NCBI GenBank assembly: GCA_022821085.1
Contig: JAJEEG010000006.1
Coordinates: 1,073,330 to 1,137,329 of the forward strand
Length of the DNA: 64,000 bases
DNA from: Candidatus Latescibacterota bacterium
GTDB taxonomy: Bacteria > JAAXHH01
Direction: 5' to 3'
Below the pieces are notes generated by a model. The model saw only the letters and a program-made list of their open reading frames with translations, was not told the origin of the DNA and searched no databases. Shown here one piece after another: positions 1-10,130 of this stretch; within the stretch, counting starts at the first letter, position 1; each line of letters opens with the position of its first letter. The translations under genes were made by a program, and so were the position numbers.

Positions 1-420
1 CGCCCGGGTGCGGGCAGCCTGGCGGTCCATGCCGTGATGTAGGCGCAGCGCTTCGCCGATCTGATTGCCCACGGTGTACACGGGGTTGAGGGCGGTCATG
101 GGTTCCTGGAAGATCATGGAGATCCTGCGGCCCCGGATCCGGCGCATGGCGTCGCCCCCCGGTTCGAGTTCATGTATGTTGACCGTCGCCCCGTTCTCTC
201 CTTCGTGGTAAATGATCTCCCCTTCCACGTACCCCGGTTTCGGGACCAGACGCATGAGGGAAAGGCCCATCATGCTCTTTCCGCACCCGCTCTCACCCAC
301 CACGCCTAGGGTTTTGCCCCGCCTGATCCGGAACGATACGTCCCGCACGGCCCGTACGGGACCGTCGTCGGTGGGGATCACGGCTGAGAGGTTTGAAACA
401 TCAAGGAGAAGGTCTTGCAT
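1..420 (-). CDS. Oligopeptide/dipeptide ABC transporter ATP-binding protein (OppD/DppD-like), N-terminal ~140 aa; gene runs off the window start
   Basis: Reverse-strand translation from ATG (complement of 418-420): MQDLLLDVSNLSAVIPTDDGPVRAVRDVSFRIRRGKTLGVVGESGCGKSMMGLSLMRLVPKPGYVEGEIIYHEGENGATVNIHELEPGGDAMRRIRGRRISMIFQEPMTALNPVYTVGNQIGEALRLHHG; Walker A GESGCGKS; absent from ORF track only because no in-window stop. Confidence 0.8.
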   Translation of the reverse strand, partial: MQDLLLDVSNLSAVIPTDDGPVRAVRDVSFRIRRGKTLGVVGESGCGKSMMGLSLMRLVPKPGYVEGEIIYHEGENGATVNIHELEPGGDAMRRIRGRRISMIFQEPMTALNPVYTVGNQIGEALRLHHGMDRQAARTRA

Positions 421-597
421 ACAGGGTCATTTTAACGACCCCTTCGAAGGTCTGTCAAGGTGATACCGCTTCCGGCCGCAACCGGAATATTGAAGAGATA
501 TGGCGTGTCGTTTGTAGGAACTAGGACTATACGCAGTCATTTATCGCGATCGCATTTACCATACCTGTATTGACCCAGGTTTCAGGAGGAGTCGAAT

Positions 598-1848
598 ATG
601 CATGCGACAGAGACGGCCTTGAAAGCGTGGTCCCGCCGGGGCTTCATGAAAGGCGCTTTGGCAGCAGGAACGGCCGGCATTGCCCTGTCCATGTCGGACC
701 GAATGGCCATGGCCACGCAGCTGATCACGGGCGGAAGGCCCACCATCGAAGCCATAAGAGGCGTAGGTGTGCAGCCTGGTCTCGTACGCATGAGCCTGAA
801 CGAGAACCCGTTGGGACCGTCCCCCCGGGCCATCGAGGCCATGGCGAACCGGATGTTCGGCGTCAACCGCTACGGCACGGATCTGAGCGATCTGATGCAG
901 GCCCTGTCGACCTTCGACGGGGTGGAACTGCCCGAGCCGGACAATTCCATGCGACGCTCGTTTTTCAGGCCGCCTCCCGGTCCCTTCATGTTGACCCCGG
1001 GATCCAGTCTCATCCTCGACCTGTTGTGCCTGGCCTATCTCAGCCGCAACGGCGGCGAAGTCATCGAGGCGGAGTATGGATACGGATCGATCTCCCGCTC
1101 CGCGAGCGATTACAACGACATGTTCGGCGTCGACGTCAACATCATCCGTGCGCCGATGACGCCGGAATACAAGCACGACCTCGACGGGATGGCCGCCCTG
1201 GCGTCCGACAGGACGTCACTGGTCGTCATCACCAACCCGAACAACCCCACGGGAACGCTGCTGCAACCCGACGAAATCGAAGCCTTCATCAACAAGCTCC
1301 CGGCTACCGCCATCGTGGTCATCGACGAGGCCTACCTGCACTTCGTGGAGCAGGATCCGATTCCCTCGGCGGTCCCGCTGGCGGTCAAGTACGACAACGT
1401 GGCCGTGGTAAGGACCTTCTCGAAGGCCTATGCGCTGGCCGCCGTGAGACTGGGGTACTGCGTCGCCTCCCAGAAGATCCAGGACGAATTGCGGAAGTAC
1501 TACCAGGAATCGCCGAACGCCCTGGCCACCGTGGCCGGCGCCGCCGCGGTCCGCGACCTGGAGCACCTGCAGAAGTCCCGCGAGGCGGTCTGGGACTTCA
1601 AGAAGCGGTGTTACGCCACTTTCGACGAGATGGGGATCGAATACCTGCCGTCCCAGGGCACCTTCGTGATGGCCGATCTGAAGCGTCCGGCCATGCAGGT
1701 GGTCCGGGAAATGCGCGCGAGAAACGTCTGGATCAGCTCCCGCCGGCAGCGGGAATTCCGTACCTGGATCAGGGTCTCCGCCGGTACGGAGGCGGAAACC
1801 GAGGTATTCCTGCAGACGCTCAAGGACGTGCTGGCCAAATCCAGCTGA
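598..1848 (+). CDS. Class I/II PLP-dependent aminotransferase (histidinol-phosphate aminotransferase family) with twin-arginine (Tat) signal peptide
   Basis: N-term SRRGFMKGALAAGTAGIALSMSDRMAMA matches Tat consensus S-R-R-x-F-L-K plus AxA site; mature part has HisC-like motifs LSLNENPLGPSP, VVITNPNNPTGT, RTFSKAYALAAVRLGY (PLP lysine); AGGAGG SD 8 nt upstream of ATG. Confidence 0.85.
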   Translation: MHATETALKAWSRRGFMKGALAAGTAGIALSMSDRMAMATQLITGGRPTIEAIRGVGVQPGLVRMSLNENPLGPSPRAIEAMANRMFGVNRYGTDLSDLMQALSTFDGVELPEPDNSMRRSFFRPPPGPFMLTPGSSLILDLLCLAYLSRNGGEVIEAEYGYGSISRSASDYNDMFGVDVNIIRAPMTPEYKHDLDGMAALASDRTSLVVITNPNNPTGTLLQPDEIEAFINKLPATAIVVIDEAYLHFVEQDPIPSAVPLAVKYDNVAVVRTFSKAYALAAVRLGYCVASQKIQDELRKYYQESPNALATVAGAAAVRDLEHLQKSREAVWDFKKRCYATFDEMGIEYLPSQGTFVMADLKRPAMQVVREMRARNVWISSRRQREFRTWIRVSAGTEAETEVFLQTLKDVLAKSS

Positions 1849-1884
1849 GTCCTTTTAGGTATCCTGGTCGCCAATTACGAAAAA

Positions 1885-1920
1885 GCCCGGCGGGGTGATC
1901 TCCGCCGGGCTATTGTATTA
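1885..1920. terminator. Bidirectional Rho-independent terminator between convergent genes
   Basis: 9-bp GC stem gcccggcgg / ccgccgggc (1885-1893 / 1902-1910) with 8-nt loop, flanked by aaaaa (1880-1884) and tattgtatta (1911-1920); sits between 3' ends of aminotransferase (+) and APH remnant (-). Confidence 0.5.
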
Positions 1921-1934
1921 TCTGGATGTTAAGG

Positions 1935-2404
1935 TCAACAGGGCTGTCTTATACCAGGTTTCTGTACTCCGCACTTAACCAGTCTCTTTCTCGCGTCGTA
2001 ACTTCCAGGTCTCCCCGACGAAGGTAAGTACGCCAGGGTTCGACGCCTGATCTCCTTGCCCGGTTCGGCTAGATCCCAGTCAATAACTCCTTGCAGCAGA
2101 TCATCAGACCAGATGGTATTCCAGGGTCCAAGATCACCGTGGCGTATAATCAACCCGGGTTGCCATCGCAGACCCGGAACGCACCACTCGGCCGTTTCGG
2201 ATGGGATGTAGCCTTCCAGGATAGTGTTTCACATACGTCGTCTACCCCATGTAACCGGGGAACGCCGCAAAAATCCTTCTCTGCAAGATACTTCAGCAGG
2301 CCGTGTACCGCGGGCGTCCAACGATTGACAGGTCGGCGTACCGAATCGCCGATGCGTTCGACGGTGTGCAAGGCCCCGCGATGTAGTTTTCTGTCCGAAG
2401 CCAT
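1935..2404 (-). pseudogene. Remnant of aminoglycoside/small-molecule phosphotransferase (APH) family gene; frameshifted and internally deleted
   Basis: Two overlapping minus-strand ORFs in different frames (2150-2404 N-terminal piece with ...TVERIGDSVRRP...AVHGLLKYLAEKDFCGVPRLHGVDD; 1935-2153 C-terminal piece with catalytic-loop-like HGDLGPWNTIW and IDWD); combined length ~155 aa vs ~300 aa for intact family members; local GC visibly lower than neighbours. Confidence 0.55.
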
Positions 2405-2487
2405 TTTCGCTGAATAAAAAATGGGGACGTGAGATGCATCACTCGCCCCCGGAGTTCGATTTTCTTCTTGCCTGTTGTATGTCCGGC

Positions 2488-4758
2488 TTATCGTCCCTTC
2501 GACGTTTCCACGGTTTCATCGACTTCGGGTGCCGTTACCGGCTCCTCATCCGACCCGTCCGACCCTTCAGTTCCCTCAACAGCCGCGACGCCGTTGCCAT
2601 CCTTGGACGGCGTTTCAGCAGCCGCTTCTTCCGCCTGCGGCTCTTCCGCTTCGACCGCGCCGTCCTCTTGCGCGGCTTCCTCAGGTGGCTCCTCCGTGGC
2701 GCCCGCGCCGTCCTCTTGCGCTACATCCTCCGATTGAGCGTCGCCATCCTTCTTCGATCCGGCGTCTGCATCCTCCTTCGGGGGCAGGGTCTTGCCTTCG
2801 ATGAGCGCGGCTACTTCGTCCCGGGAGAGCGTATCCCGTTCCAGAAGCGCCTTGGCCACGATGTGAAGCTGGGATTCGTGGTCCTTGAGCAGCTTTTCCA
2901 CGCGTTCTCCCGCCTCGGTCACGAAACGCTGGATTTCCTGGTCGATACGATGGGCGGTGGTCTCGCTGTAGTTGGGCTGGTGGGCGATGTCCCGGCCGAG
3001 GAAGACCTCGTGCTCCTTCTCGCCCAGCGCCGTGGCCCCGAGCTCATCGCTCATGCCCCAGTCGCATACCATGTGGCGGCTGATGCGGGTGACCTGTTCG
3101 ATATCGCTTTGCGCGCCGGAGGTCACTTCGCCGAAAACGATCTGCTCGGCCGCCCGGCCGCCCAGGGCCGCGGCCATCGTACCCAGGCAGTACGAGCGGG
3201 ACTGGAGATAGCGTTCCTCCGGCAGGGGAATGGTCACGCCAAGGCCCCTGCCCTGCGGAAGGATCGTCACCTTGTGCAGGGGATCGATTTCGGGGATGAG
3301 TTCGAAGGCGAGGGCGTGTCCGGCCTCGTGGTAGGCGACGATCTCACGCTCCTTGTCGCTGATGACGAGTTGGCGCTTCGATCCCATCATGATCTTTTCT
3401 TTGGCTTCTTCGAAGTCGTCGCTTGTTACGGTGGCGTGATCGTACCTCGCCGCGATGAGCGCCGCCTCGTTCACCATGTTGGCCAGGTCCGCGCCGACCA
3501 TGCCGGGCACGCCCTTGGCGAGTACATCCAGCTTGACCGAGTCGTCGAGGGGGATTTTGCGGCTCTTTATGTGGATTTCCAGGATCTTTTCCCGTCCCAC
3601 CACGTCGGGCCGGTCGACGACGATGTGCCGGTCGAAGCGGCCGGGGCGGAGCAGCGCGGGATCGAGCACGTCCGGACGGTTCGTCGCGCCGATCACGATG
3701 ATGGAGTCGGTTTTCTCGAAGCCGTCCAGCCCCACCAGCAACTGGTTCAGGGTCTGTTCCCGCTCGTCGTGCCCGCCGCCGAGTCCGGCGCCCCGGTGTC
3801 GCCCGATGGCGTCGATTTCATCGATGAAGATGATACACGGAGCGTTCTGGCGGGCCTGGTCGAAGAGGTCCCGCACACGGGAGGCGCCCACGCCGACGAA
3901 CATCTCCACGAAATCCGATCCGCTCATGCTGAAGAAGGGCACGCCCGCTTCGCCCGCCACGGCCTTGGCGAGCAGGGTCTTTCCAGTACCCGGCGGGCCC
4001 AGCAGCAGGGCGCCCTTCGGTATCCGGCCGCCCAGGGCGTGGAACTTGTCCGGGTTCTTCAGGAACTCCACGATCTCCTGCAGATCGCGCTTGGCCTCGA
4101 GCACGCCGGCCACGTCGGCGAAGGTGATGGAGGGCCGGTCTTCCACGATCATCTTGGCCCGGCTCTTGCCGAAGGAGAACATGCCGCGCTGGCCCGACTG
4201 CATCTGGCGCAGGATGAAGATCCAGAACCCGATGAGCAGCAACCAGGGCAAGGCGGCAATGAGGTAGCCCACCCAGTTGGTGGCCTCCGGTTCGGCCGTA
4301 ACCATGACGTTCCTGGCCATGAGATCGGCCACCAGCTCCGGGTCGTCGAAGGGGATGTATACCTTGAATTCGCGCAGGCTCTGGTTCGCGCCTTCGACTA
4401 CGGTCGACGAGTTCTGGCGCAGTGTGCCCGTAATCAGCTTCTCGGTGATGGTGACCTGCTCGATGTTGTCGGCTTCGAGAAACTGCTGGAACTGCGTGTA
4501 CGACACCGTTACCGCGTTATCCCCCCGCCTGGGCAGGAACTGGGCGGCCATCAGGAAGAACAGAAACAGCACGAGCCAGATCAGGATCGAGCGGTTCTTC
4601 CTCGTCTTGTCGGGCGGTGGCTGCCGGTCGTTTCTGGTGTGGGGCTGTCGTTCGTCCGGGGGCGGGTGCTGATTCCGGTCCTGCGGTGGTTGGGACATGT
4701 CTTGTTGAAGACCTCGGTTCGTTCTGGGGTTGGACGGAGTATTCAGAAACCGGTGCAA
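2488..4758 (-). CDS. ftsH: ATP-dependent zinc metalloprotease FtsH with Pro/Gln-rich N-terminal extension and ~110 aa acidic C-terminal tail
   Basis: AAA+ Walker A GPPGTGKT, second region of homology, HEAGHA zinc motif; alternative start at MSQPPQ (4698) would remove the 16-nt overlap with the upstream sigma factor gene; C-terminus [54 protein letters not shown]... Confidence 0.9.
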   Translation of the reverse strand: MHRFLNTPSNPRTNRGLQQDMSQPPQDRNQHPPPDERQPHTRNDRQPPPDKTRKNRSILIWLVLFLFFLMAAQFLPRRGDNAVTVSYTQFQQFLEADNIEQVTITEKLITGTLRQNSSTVVEGANQSLREFKVYIPFDDPELVADLMARNVMVTAEPEATNWVGYLIAALPWLLLIGFWIFILRQMQSGQRGMFSFGKSRAKMIVEDRPSITFADVAGVLEAKRDLQEIVEFLKNPDKFHALGGRIPKGALLLGPPGTGKTLLAKAVAGEAGVPFFSMSGSDFVEMFVGVGASRVRDLFDQARQNAPCIIFIDEIDAIGRHRGAGLGGGHDEREQTLNQLLVGLDGFEKTDSIIVIGATNRPDVLDPALLRPGRFDRHIVVDRPDVVGREKILEIHIKSRKIPLDDSVKLDVLAKGVPGMVGADLANMVNEAALIAARYDHATVTSDDFEEAKEKIMMGSKRQLVISDKEREIVAYHEAGHALAFELIPEIDPLHKVTILPQGRGLGVTIPLPEERYLQSRSYCLGTMAAALGGRAAEQIVFGEVTSGAQSDIEQVTRISRHMVCDWGMSDELGATALGEKEHEVFLGRDIAHQPNYSETTAHRIDQEIQRFVTEAGERVEKLLKDHESQLHIVAKALLERDTLSRDEVAALIEGKTLPPKEDADAGSKKDGDAQSEDVAQEDGAGATEEPPEEAAQEDGAVEAEEPQAEEAAAETPSKDGNGVAAVEGTEGSDGSDEEPVTAPEVDETVETSKGR

Positions 4759-5366
4759 ATCGGCGCAGCGACGATCAGGTGGCGGAGATCCAGGCCGCCT
4801 TCGGCAGGCAATTGCGACCAGTCCCTGAACATGCTCCGCAGCTTGTTTCGCGCTTCCGACAGCCGGCGTTTCACGGTACCCACGGGGACGTTCATCCGCG
4901 TGCTGACCTCGTCACAGGTGTAACCGGTGAAATAGTACATGGCGACGGTCCGGCCGAGTGCGTGCGACAGCGTCGCTACGGCTTTCCGCACGCTGCGGCG
5001 CTTCGCGCGGTCCAGGTGCTCATCGCCCGGCCAGGCGGTCCCGTCGCCTTCCTCCGTCTGGACCTCCGACCAGGCCTTTTCCCGGTGCTGCAGGTCACCC
5101 ACGTGGGCGAGGCACCGGTTGCGCGCGATGGTTCGCAGCCACTGCGGAAATCGCTCCGGATCGCGCAGGGACGACAGCCGCTGGTACGCGGAAAGCCAGA
5201 TATCCTGTACGATATCCTGCTTGTCCTGTCGGTTCCTGACCATGGCTCCTACGATACGCCTGATCTCGCGGTCATACCGCTTCACCAGCTTTTCGAAATC
5301 GTCCGGACAGCCGTTCAGTACGTTTTCGATGATGAGTCCGTCGGCCGTGTGCGCCATTTCGTGCAT
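4743..5366 (-). CDS. ECF (sigma-70 family) RNA polymerase sigma factor
   Basis: Region 2 DIVQDIWLSAYQRLSSLRDPERFPQWLRTIARNRCL and region 4 HTH GYTCDEVSTRMNVPVGTVKRRLSEARNKLR; no recognisable anti-sigma gene follows (ftsH follows instead). Confidence 0.8.
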   Translation of the reverse strand: MHEMAHTADGLIIENVLNGCPDDFEKLVKRYDREIRRIVGAMVRNRQDKQDIVQDIWLSAYQRLSSLRDPERFPQWLRTIARNRCLAHVGDLQHREKAWSEVQTEEGDGTAWPGDEHLDRAKRRSVRKAVATLSHALGRTVAMYYFTGYTCDEVSTRMNVPVGTVKRRLSEARNKLRSMFRDWSQLPAEGGLDLRHLIVAAPICTGF

Positions 5367-5503
5367 CCTGCGTCAGGGGTTCGATTGCGCGTGTAGTGCG
5401 AGAGGCACCGTCTACTATACTAAGAGGCCCCGGAACGGAAAATGGTTCGGTTTTTTTCCACCATTCCAACCCGCTGGTAATATACCCGGTATACGCGTTC
5501 TCG

Positions 5504-6847
5504 TCAAGCAGCCCCGGCGGTCTGCTCGTTGCTCGATACCACGTGTATTTCGCGGGTCAGGCCGATCAAACCGACGAGATTGGGAAACATCATGCAGGCG
5601 ACCATGATATCGCCCAGGTCCCAGATGACCCGGGCCTCGTACACGGCACCAAAAAAGGCGGCCGCGCACCAGGTGATCCGGATACCGAGTACTACGCCCC
5701 GGGAGTCCGTCACGAACCTGAGGCCCTGTTCGGCGTAGTAGGACCAGGTGACCATGGTCGTGAACCCGAACATCAGGGAGCAGAGCGCGACGATGGCCCC
5801 GCCGAAGGGGATGGTGGTATTGAGCGCGGAAGCCACGAGAGCGGTGCTGATCTCGCCGTTGTGCCACACGCCGGCGATGACCACGGTTACGGCGGTCATG
5901 GAACAGACGACGATCGTGTCGATGAAGACGCCGATCATGGAGATATACCCCTGCCGCACCGGGTTGTTCGTCTGCGCCGCGCTATGGGCGATCCCCGCGC
6001 TTCCGAGGCCGGCCTCGCTGGAGATGACGCCGCGCCGGATGCCGTACTGGATCGTCCGGGCTACCGTGACGCCGGCGAAACCACCAATGGCCGCGACCGG
6101 CGTGAAGGCGCTCTCCACGATGATCCAGAGCGTTGCCGGCAGCGCGCTGAAATGGGTGAATACGACGTAGACCACGCTGGCGGCGTAGACGAGCACCATC
6201 GTGGGCACGAGCCTTTCCGCGACCAGGCCGATGCGCTTGATCCCGCCGATGATGACGACGGCCAGGATGCCGGTCAGCAGGGCGCCGGTGATCCACTTGG
6301 CCACATGGAACTGGCTGTCCATGACCAGGGCGATGGAGTTCGCCTGGCTGATGTTCCCGCCGCCCAGGCCGCCCAGCGTGGCACAGAGGGCGAAGATCGC
6401 GCCGATGGTGGGCAGGTTCAGCCCTTCCTTGAGATAGGACATGGGGCCGCCGAGCATGAGGCCGTCCCGCGTCTTTCCCCGGTACCGCAGGGCCAGCACG
6501 GTCTCCGCGTACTTCGTCGCCATGCCCAGGGGCGCCATGGCCGCCATCCAGAAGGCCGCGCCCGGGCCGCCCACCGCGATGGCCGTCGCCACCCCCGCGA
6601 TGTTGCCGTTGCCGATGGTGGCCGCCATGGCCGTGGTCAGTGCCTGGAAGGGCGAGATGTCGCCCGATTCCCGATCGCCCTTGTCCCTGCGCAGGGCGCC
6701 CCGCATGACCAGGCCGACGGCCGTGCCGAACTTTCGGAACTGGACCCCCCTGCTGGCCACGGTGAGCATGAAACCCAGGACGGCGAGCACGCCGATCGTC
6801 CAGGGTCCCCACATGAAATCGGATATCGCGCGCAGGACGGCATCCAT
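5504..6847 (-). CDS. Alanine/glycine:cation symporter (AGCS) family transporter
   Basis: Multi-TM protein MDAVLRAISDFMWGPWTIGVLAVLGFMLT...FQALTTAMAATIGNGNIAGVATAI... typical of sodium:alanine symporters; start chosen at ATG 6845-6847 with AGAGAGG SD upstream (ORF-track start 7045 is an upstream in-frame Met). Confidence 0.85.
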   Translation of the reverse strand: MDAVLRAISDFMWGPWTIGVLAVLGFMLTVASRGVQFRKFGTAVGLVMRGALRRDKGDRESGDISPFQALTTAMAATIGNGNIAGVATAIAVGGPGAAFWMAAMAPLGMATKYAETVLALRYRGKTRDGLMLGGPMSYLKEGLNLPTIGAIFALCATLGGLGGGNISQANSIALVMDSQFHVAKWITGALLTGILAVVIIGGIKRIGLVAERLVPTMVLVYAASVVYVVFTHFSALPATLWIIVESAFTPVAAIGGFAGVTVARTIQYGIRRGVISSEAGLGSAGIAHSAAQTNNPVRQGYISMIGVFIDTIVVCSMTAVTVVIAGVWHNGEISTALVASALNTTIPFGGAIVALCSLMFGFTTMVTWSYYAEQGLRFVTDSRGVVLGIRITWCAAAFFGAVYEARVIWDLGDIMVACMMFPNLVGLIGLTREIHVVSSNEQTAGAA

Positions 6848-7070
6848 GGCGTACCTCTCTCGCTGATGACGTGGTATAGTTATGACGGTAACGGCAATGA
6901 AACGGGATGTGGGTAAATCTACTGTGCTTCGCACGTTTAACAAGACCAAAGAACGACGGCCGCACTGTTCGATTCCGGCCGCGCTGTTCGAGCCCCTGTT
7001 TTGGTTGTCACTCGCAATGGCCCGGTTTATCTTGGATGCTCGCATATATCACGGTACAAATGGAGTCGCC

Positions 7071-8213
7071 ATGGCCGACCGCGTCTACGGCGTGCTGCTG
7101 ATCAGTTTCAGCAAACACAGCCACCAGAGCAGTTTCGTCCCCGCCTTCGTGGACCATCCCCGGATCCGCATCGTCGGGGTGGCGGACGACGCGGATATCG
7201 ACCCCTATCTCAAGCCGTTGAACCGGACCTGGGCCGAACGGTTGGGCGTGCCCTGTCTGGAAGGGATCGAGGCGGCCGTTCGGCGAGACGAGGTCGACGT
7301 CGTGAGCGTCGGTCACGAGATCGAACGCCGCGCCGAAATCGCCAGACTGGCCGCCCGCGCGGGCAAGCACCTGTGGATCGACAAGTATATCGGCGCCAAC
7401 ATGCGGGAATGCCGGGAAGTGGTCGACGCCGTTGATGGATCAGGCGTCACATCTATCCTTCCCAGTTATGTTTACAACGATCTTGTCAACCAGAGCAGAA
7501 GGATAATTGACGCCGGTATTCTGGGCGAGTTGACGGCAATGCACGTCGACATCCTCTTCGGCAAGGGGATCCCGCGGCCCATTTCGAATGCGCAGCGAAA
7601 ACCCGGCTTCCTGCCGGCGGGCAGGTGGAAATTCCCGGACATCAAACGCGAATTGCTGACGGTCGGCGCCTATGCTGTTGCCCTGGTGCAGCAGTGTTTC
7701 GAACCCATCGTCGAGGTCTATGGCCAGGCCGGCGCCTACTTCTTCCCGGAACATGCCGCCCATGGCGCGGACGACTTCGGGACGCTGACCCTCGTGGACC
7801 GGTCCGGCCGGGTGGCTACGCTGTCCGCCGGGCGCAACGGCATCGCCTCCCATGGCGCCGGGGGACCGAACCTGGCCTATCTGTTCGGCACGAAGGGAAC
7901 GGGACGGATCGACGGGAAACGCCCCGGCATCGATACCCACCTCAGAAACCGCATCGTGGACGGCGACTACTGTGTCGACGAAGACGATCCCATGCAGTGG
8001 CACAGCGGCCCGCCCACCATGCTGACCTCCACGGGGACGGAATTCACCCGCGCCGCCCTGGACGACCTGGTAAACGCGCTGGACACCGGCACGCGTCCGC
8101 GCTTCACCGTCCGGGACGCCCGGGACCACATGGAAGTGCTGCTCGCGGGTTACGAATCCATCGTGCGGAACCGGCCGGTCCGTCTGCCCATGAGCGGCGG
8201 GGAGGCGGCGTGA
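7071..8213 (+). CDS. Gfo/Idh/MocA-family oxidoreductase-like protein
   Basis: MADRVYGVLLISFSKHSHQSSFVPAFVDHPRIRIVGVAD... Rossmann-like N-terminus followed by alpha/beta C-terminal domain; start moved to internal Met 7071 (upstream part of ORF 6882 overlaps divergent promoter region). Confidence 0.65.
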   Translation: MADRVYGVLLISFSKHSHQSSFVPAFVDHPRIRIVGVADDADIDPYLKPLNRTWAERLGVPCLEGIEAAVRRDEVDVVSVGHEIERRAEIARLAARAGKHLWIDKYIGANMRECREVVDAVDGSGVTSILPSYVYNDLVNQSRRIIDAGILGELTAMHVDILFGKGIPRPISNAQRKPGFLPAGRWKFPDIKRELLTVGAYAVALVQQCFEPIVEVYGQAGAYFFPEHAAHGADDFGTLTLVDRSGRVATLSAGRNGIASHGAGGPNLAYLFGTKGTGRIDGKRPGIDTHLRNRIVDGDYCVDEDDPMQWHSGPPTMLTSTGTEFTRAALDDLVNALDTGTRPRFTVRDARDHMEVLLAGYESIVRNRPVRLPMSGGEAA

Positions 8214-9085
8214 AGCAAATAGAGAGGCTGGTTGTCGGCAGCCGCCTGGAATTCGAGCTTTACCGGGAGGATATGGAGGAGCAGGACGGCGTGGTGTTCG
8301 CCCGGTCGACGGGTGGTTCGAGAGACGGCGACCGGGGCGGTCAAAATGGCGCGGTGCGAGGCCTCGAGACGCTGCGGGACGCCCTGAACGCGTACCTGCC
8401 CCGGCAGGCCATTTTCCTTTCACCCTACCGGGGCATGGCCGTGGATGCTGCACAACTGATTGAAAACGGCGTCGACGTGAGAACGGCCGGTCCGCTGCCT
8501 GTCCGGACGCGTAGTCCGGATGTATCCATCATGGAAACCCACCGGTCCGATCCCGGATTCAGAGCGATGCTTGAAGCGAGCCGCCACGCCGATTTCGGTG
8601 AACCGGTGTACCTTCGTCTGATCTCCTCGCCGGATGGTGGAAAGTGGGGGAAGTGGTGGTGCGTCTTCCAGTCGTGCCGCAAGGCCGCGGCGCTGCTGGA
8701 TTCCCCCCTGCGCCGCGTGTACGTAGCCGCGGCGGGGACCTCGCCTCGTCTGCACGTAAGCATCACGTTGAAGACCCACCGCAATTCCACCGGTCATCTG
8801 CTGGTAGCGCCGGATAGGTCCAGACTGCAGGACGACCTGTTCCTGGTGGGAACGGGCGGTACGCTGGCGGACGATCCCCTGCTCAATCAACCGGGCATGT
8901 ACGGCAAATCGGATTATCGCATGTTGACGAGGCCCACACGGCGGTGTCTGGCCCAACTGTGGGAGAACGAGGCCCTGATCACCCTGTCCGCCGACGAACG
9001 GCGTTTCTACCATGACCTGCTCCGTGCGATCGGCGACTCGGCGCGGTCTCGGCGCGGAATCTGTCTGGAATACCCCACGGCTTGA
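8210..9085 (+). CDS. Hypothetical protein (no recognisable domain), possibly translationally coupled to upstream oxidoreductase
   Basis: Open frame continues from stop of 7071-8213 gene (GTG overlapping the TGA) to 9085; protein-like composition; fills otherwise empty 0.9 kb between two confident genes; opposite-strand ORF 8420-9013 is Arg-rich junk. Confidence 0.35.
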   Translation: MKQIERLVVGSRLEFELYREDMEEQDGVVFARSTGGSRDGDRGGQNGAVRGLETLRDALNAYLPRQAIFLSPYRGMAVDAAQLIENGVDVRTAGPLPVRTRSPDVSIMETHRSDPGFRAMLEASRHADFGEPVYLRLISSPDGGKWGKWWCVFQSCRKAAALLDSPLRRVYVAAAGTSPRLHVSITLKTHRNSTGHLLVAPDRSRLQDDLFLVGTGGTLADDPLLNQPGMYGKSDYRMLTRPTRRCLAQLWENEALITLSADERRFYHDLLRAIGDSARSRRGICLEYPTA

Positions 9086-9140
9086 CTGAACAGGACCTAT
9101 GGTTGTGCGGACAAGCGCGTTTCAAGGATAAAATGCTGCC

Positions 9141-10130
9141 ATGACCGTCATTTCAACACCCGCCGCCGGCGTGGAGCCGGAAGAAACCGGCCCGGCGTCT
9201 CTGCCCTTCCTGCGGCGCATGCTGAAGCACCGCATGGTCTGCGCCGGCGGCGGCCTGGTGGCCTTCCTGGTGATCCTGGCACTGGCCGCGCCGGTCCTCA
9301 CCGGACTGGGCCATCTCCACGACCCCATGCTGCAGATGCCCGACGGCCTGGACGCCGACGGCCTGCCCATCCCGCCCGGAGACCGATTCGTCCTCGGTAC
9401 GGACCAGCTCGGACGGGACGTGCTGGCCCGCCTGGTGCACGGCACCCGCATCTCCCTGCTCGTCGGCATCGTGGCCATGCTCATCGCCGTTTGCGTCGGG
9501 GTGACCGTGGGCATGCTCGCGGGATACCACGGCGGCTGGGTAAACACCCTGCTCATGCGCGGGACCGACGTCATGCTGGCCATACCCGGACTGCTTCTGG
9601 CCATCGCCTTCGCCGGACTGATGGACGGAAGGGTGATCCACCTGCATCCCGGTTGGCTGGACTGGCATGGGCTGGACATAACGCTCAAGCGGGGCCTGAT
9701 CAGCGTGTTCCTCGTCATCGGGCTCGTCAGTTGGACCTGGATCGCCCGGACCATCCGCAGCCAGGTACTGGTACTCAAGAACCGGGAATTCGTCACTTCC
9801 TCCCAGGCCATCGGCTGTTCCGATTTCCGCATCATGGCGCGGCATCTCCTGCCCAACGTCCTTCCCCTGATCATCGTGCTTGGATCCCTGGCCACGGCGA
9901 ATACTGTGCTGCTCGACGCCGGATTGAGCTATCTGGGGGTCGGCGTTCCGCCGCCCGCGCCTTCATGGGGGACCATGATCGCGGAAGGCCAGGCCTATTT
10001 CATCGTCTCACCCCACCTCACCATGGCGCCCGGACTTGCCATCATGGTGGCCGTAGTGGGATTCAACCTCCTGGGGCAGGGCCTGCAGGAGTTGCTGGAT
10101 CCCTACGAGAAGGAGGGGCAGGGCGTATGA
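9141..10130 (+). CDS. Peptide ABC transporter permease (OppC/DppC-like)
   Basis: N-terminal extension then 6 TM segments; binding-protein-dependent transport signature region ...LLDAGLSYLGVGVPPPAPSWGTMIAEGQ... Confidence 0.85.
   Translation: MTVISTPAAGVEPEETGPASLPFLRRMLKHRMVCAGGGLVAFLVILALAAPVLTGLGHLHDPMLQMPDGLDADGLPIPPGDRFVLGTDQLGRDVLARLVHGTRISLLVGIVAMLIAVCVGVTVGMLAGYHGGWVNTLLMRGTDVMLAIPGLLLAIAFAGLMDGRVIHLHPGWLDWHGLDITLKRGLISVFLVIGLVSWTWIARTIRSQVLVLKNREFVTSSQAIGCSDFRIMARHLLPNVLPLIIVLGSLATANTVLLDAGLSYLGVGVPPPAPSWGTMIAEGQAYFIVSPHLTMAPGLAIMVAVVGFNLLGQGLQELLDPYEKEGQGV

Noticed and set aside
2434-4923. 829-aa plus-strand ORF
   Set aside because: Antisense shadow of ftsH. Composition is Arg/Gly/Leu-rich with no domain pattern. 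Typical of high-GC DNA.
5396-6916. 506-aa plus-strand ORF and nested 5982-6965 minus ORF
   Set aside because: Overlap the confidently identified AGCS transporter gene in other frames. Gly/Asp/Arg/His-rich low-complexity translation.
7625-8213. Upstream 200 codons of the 486-aa ORF 7625-9085
   Set aside because: Overlaps the Gfo/Idh/MocA gene in another frame. Only the part after 8210 occupies otherwise non-coding space and was kept as a low-confidence hypothetical.
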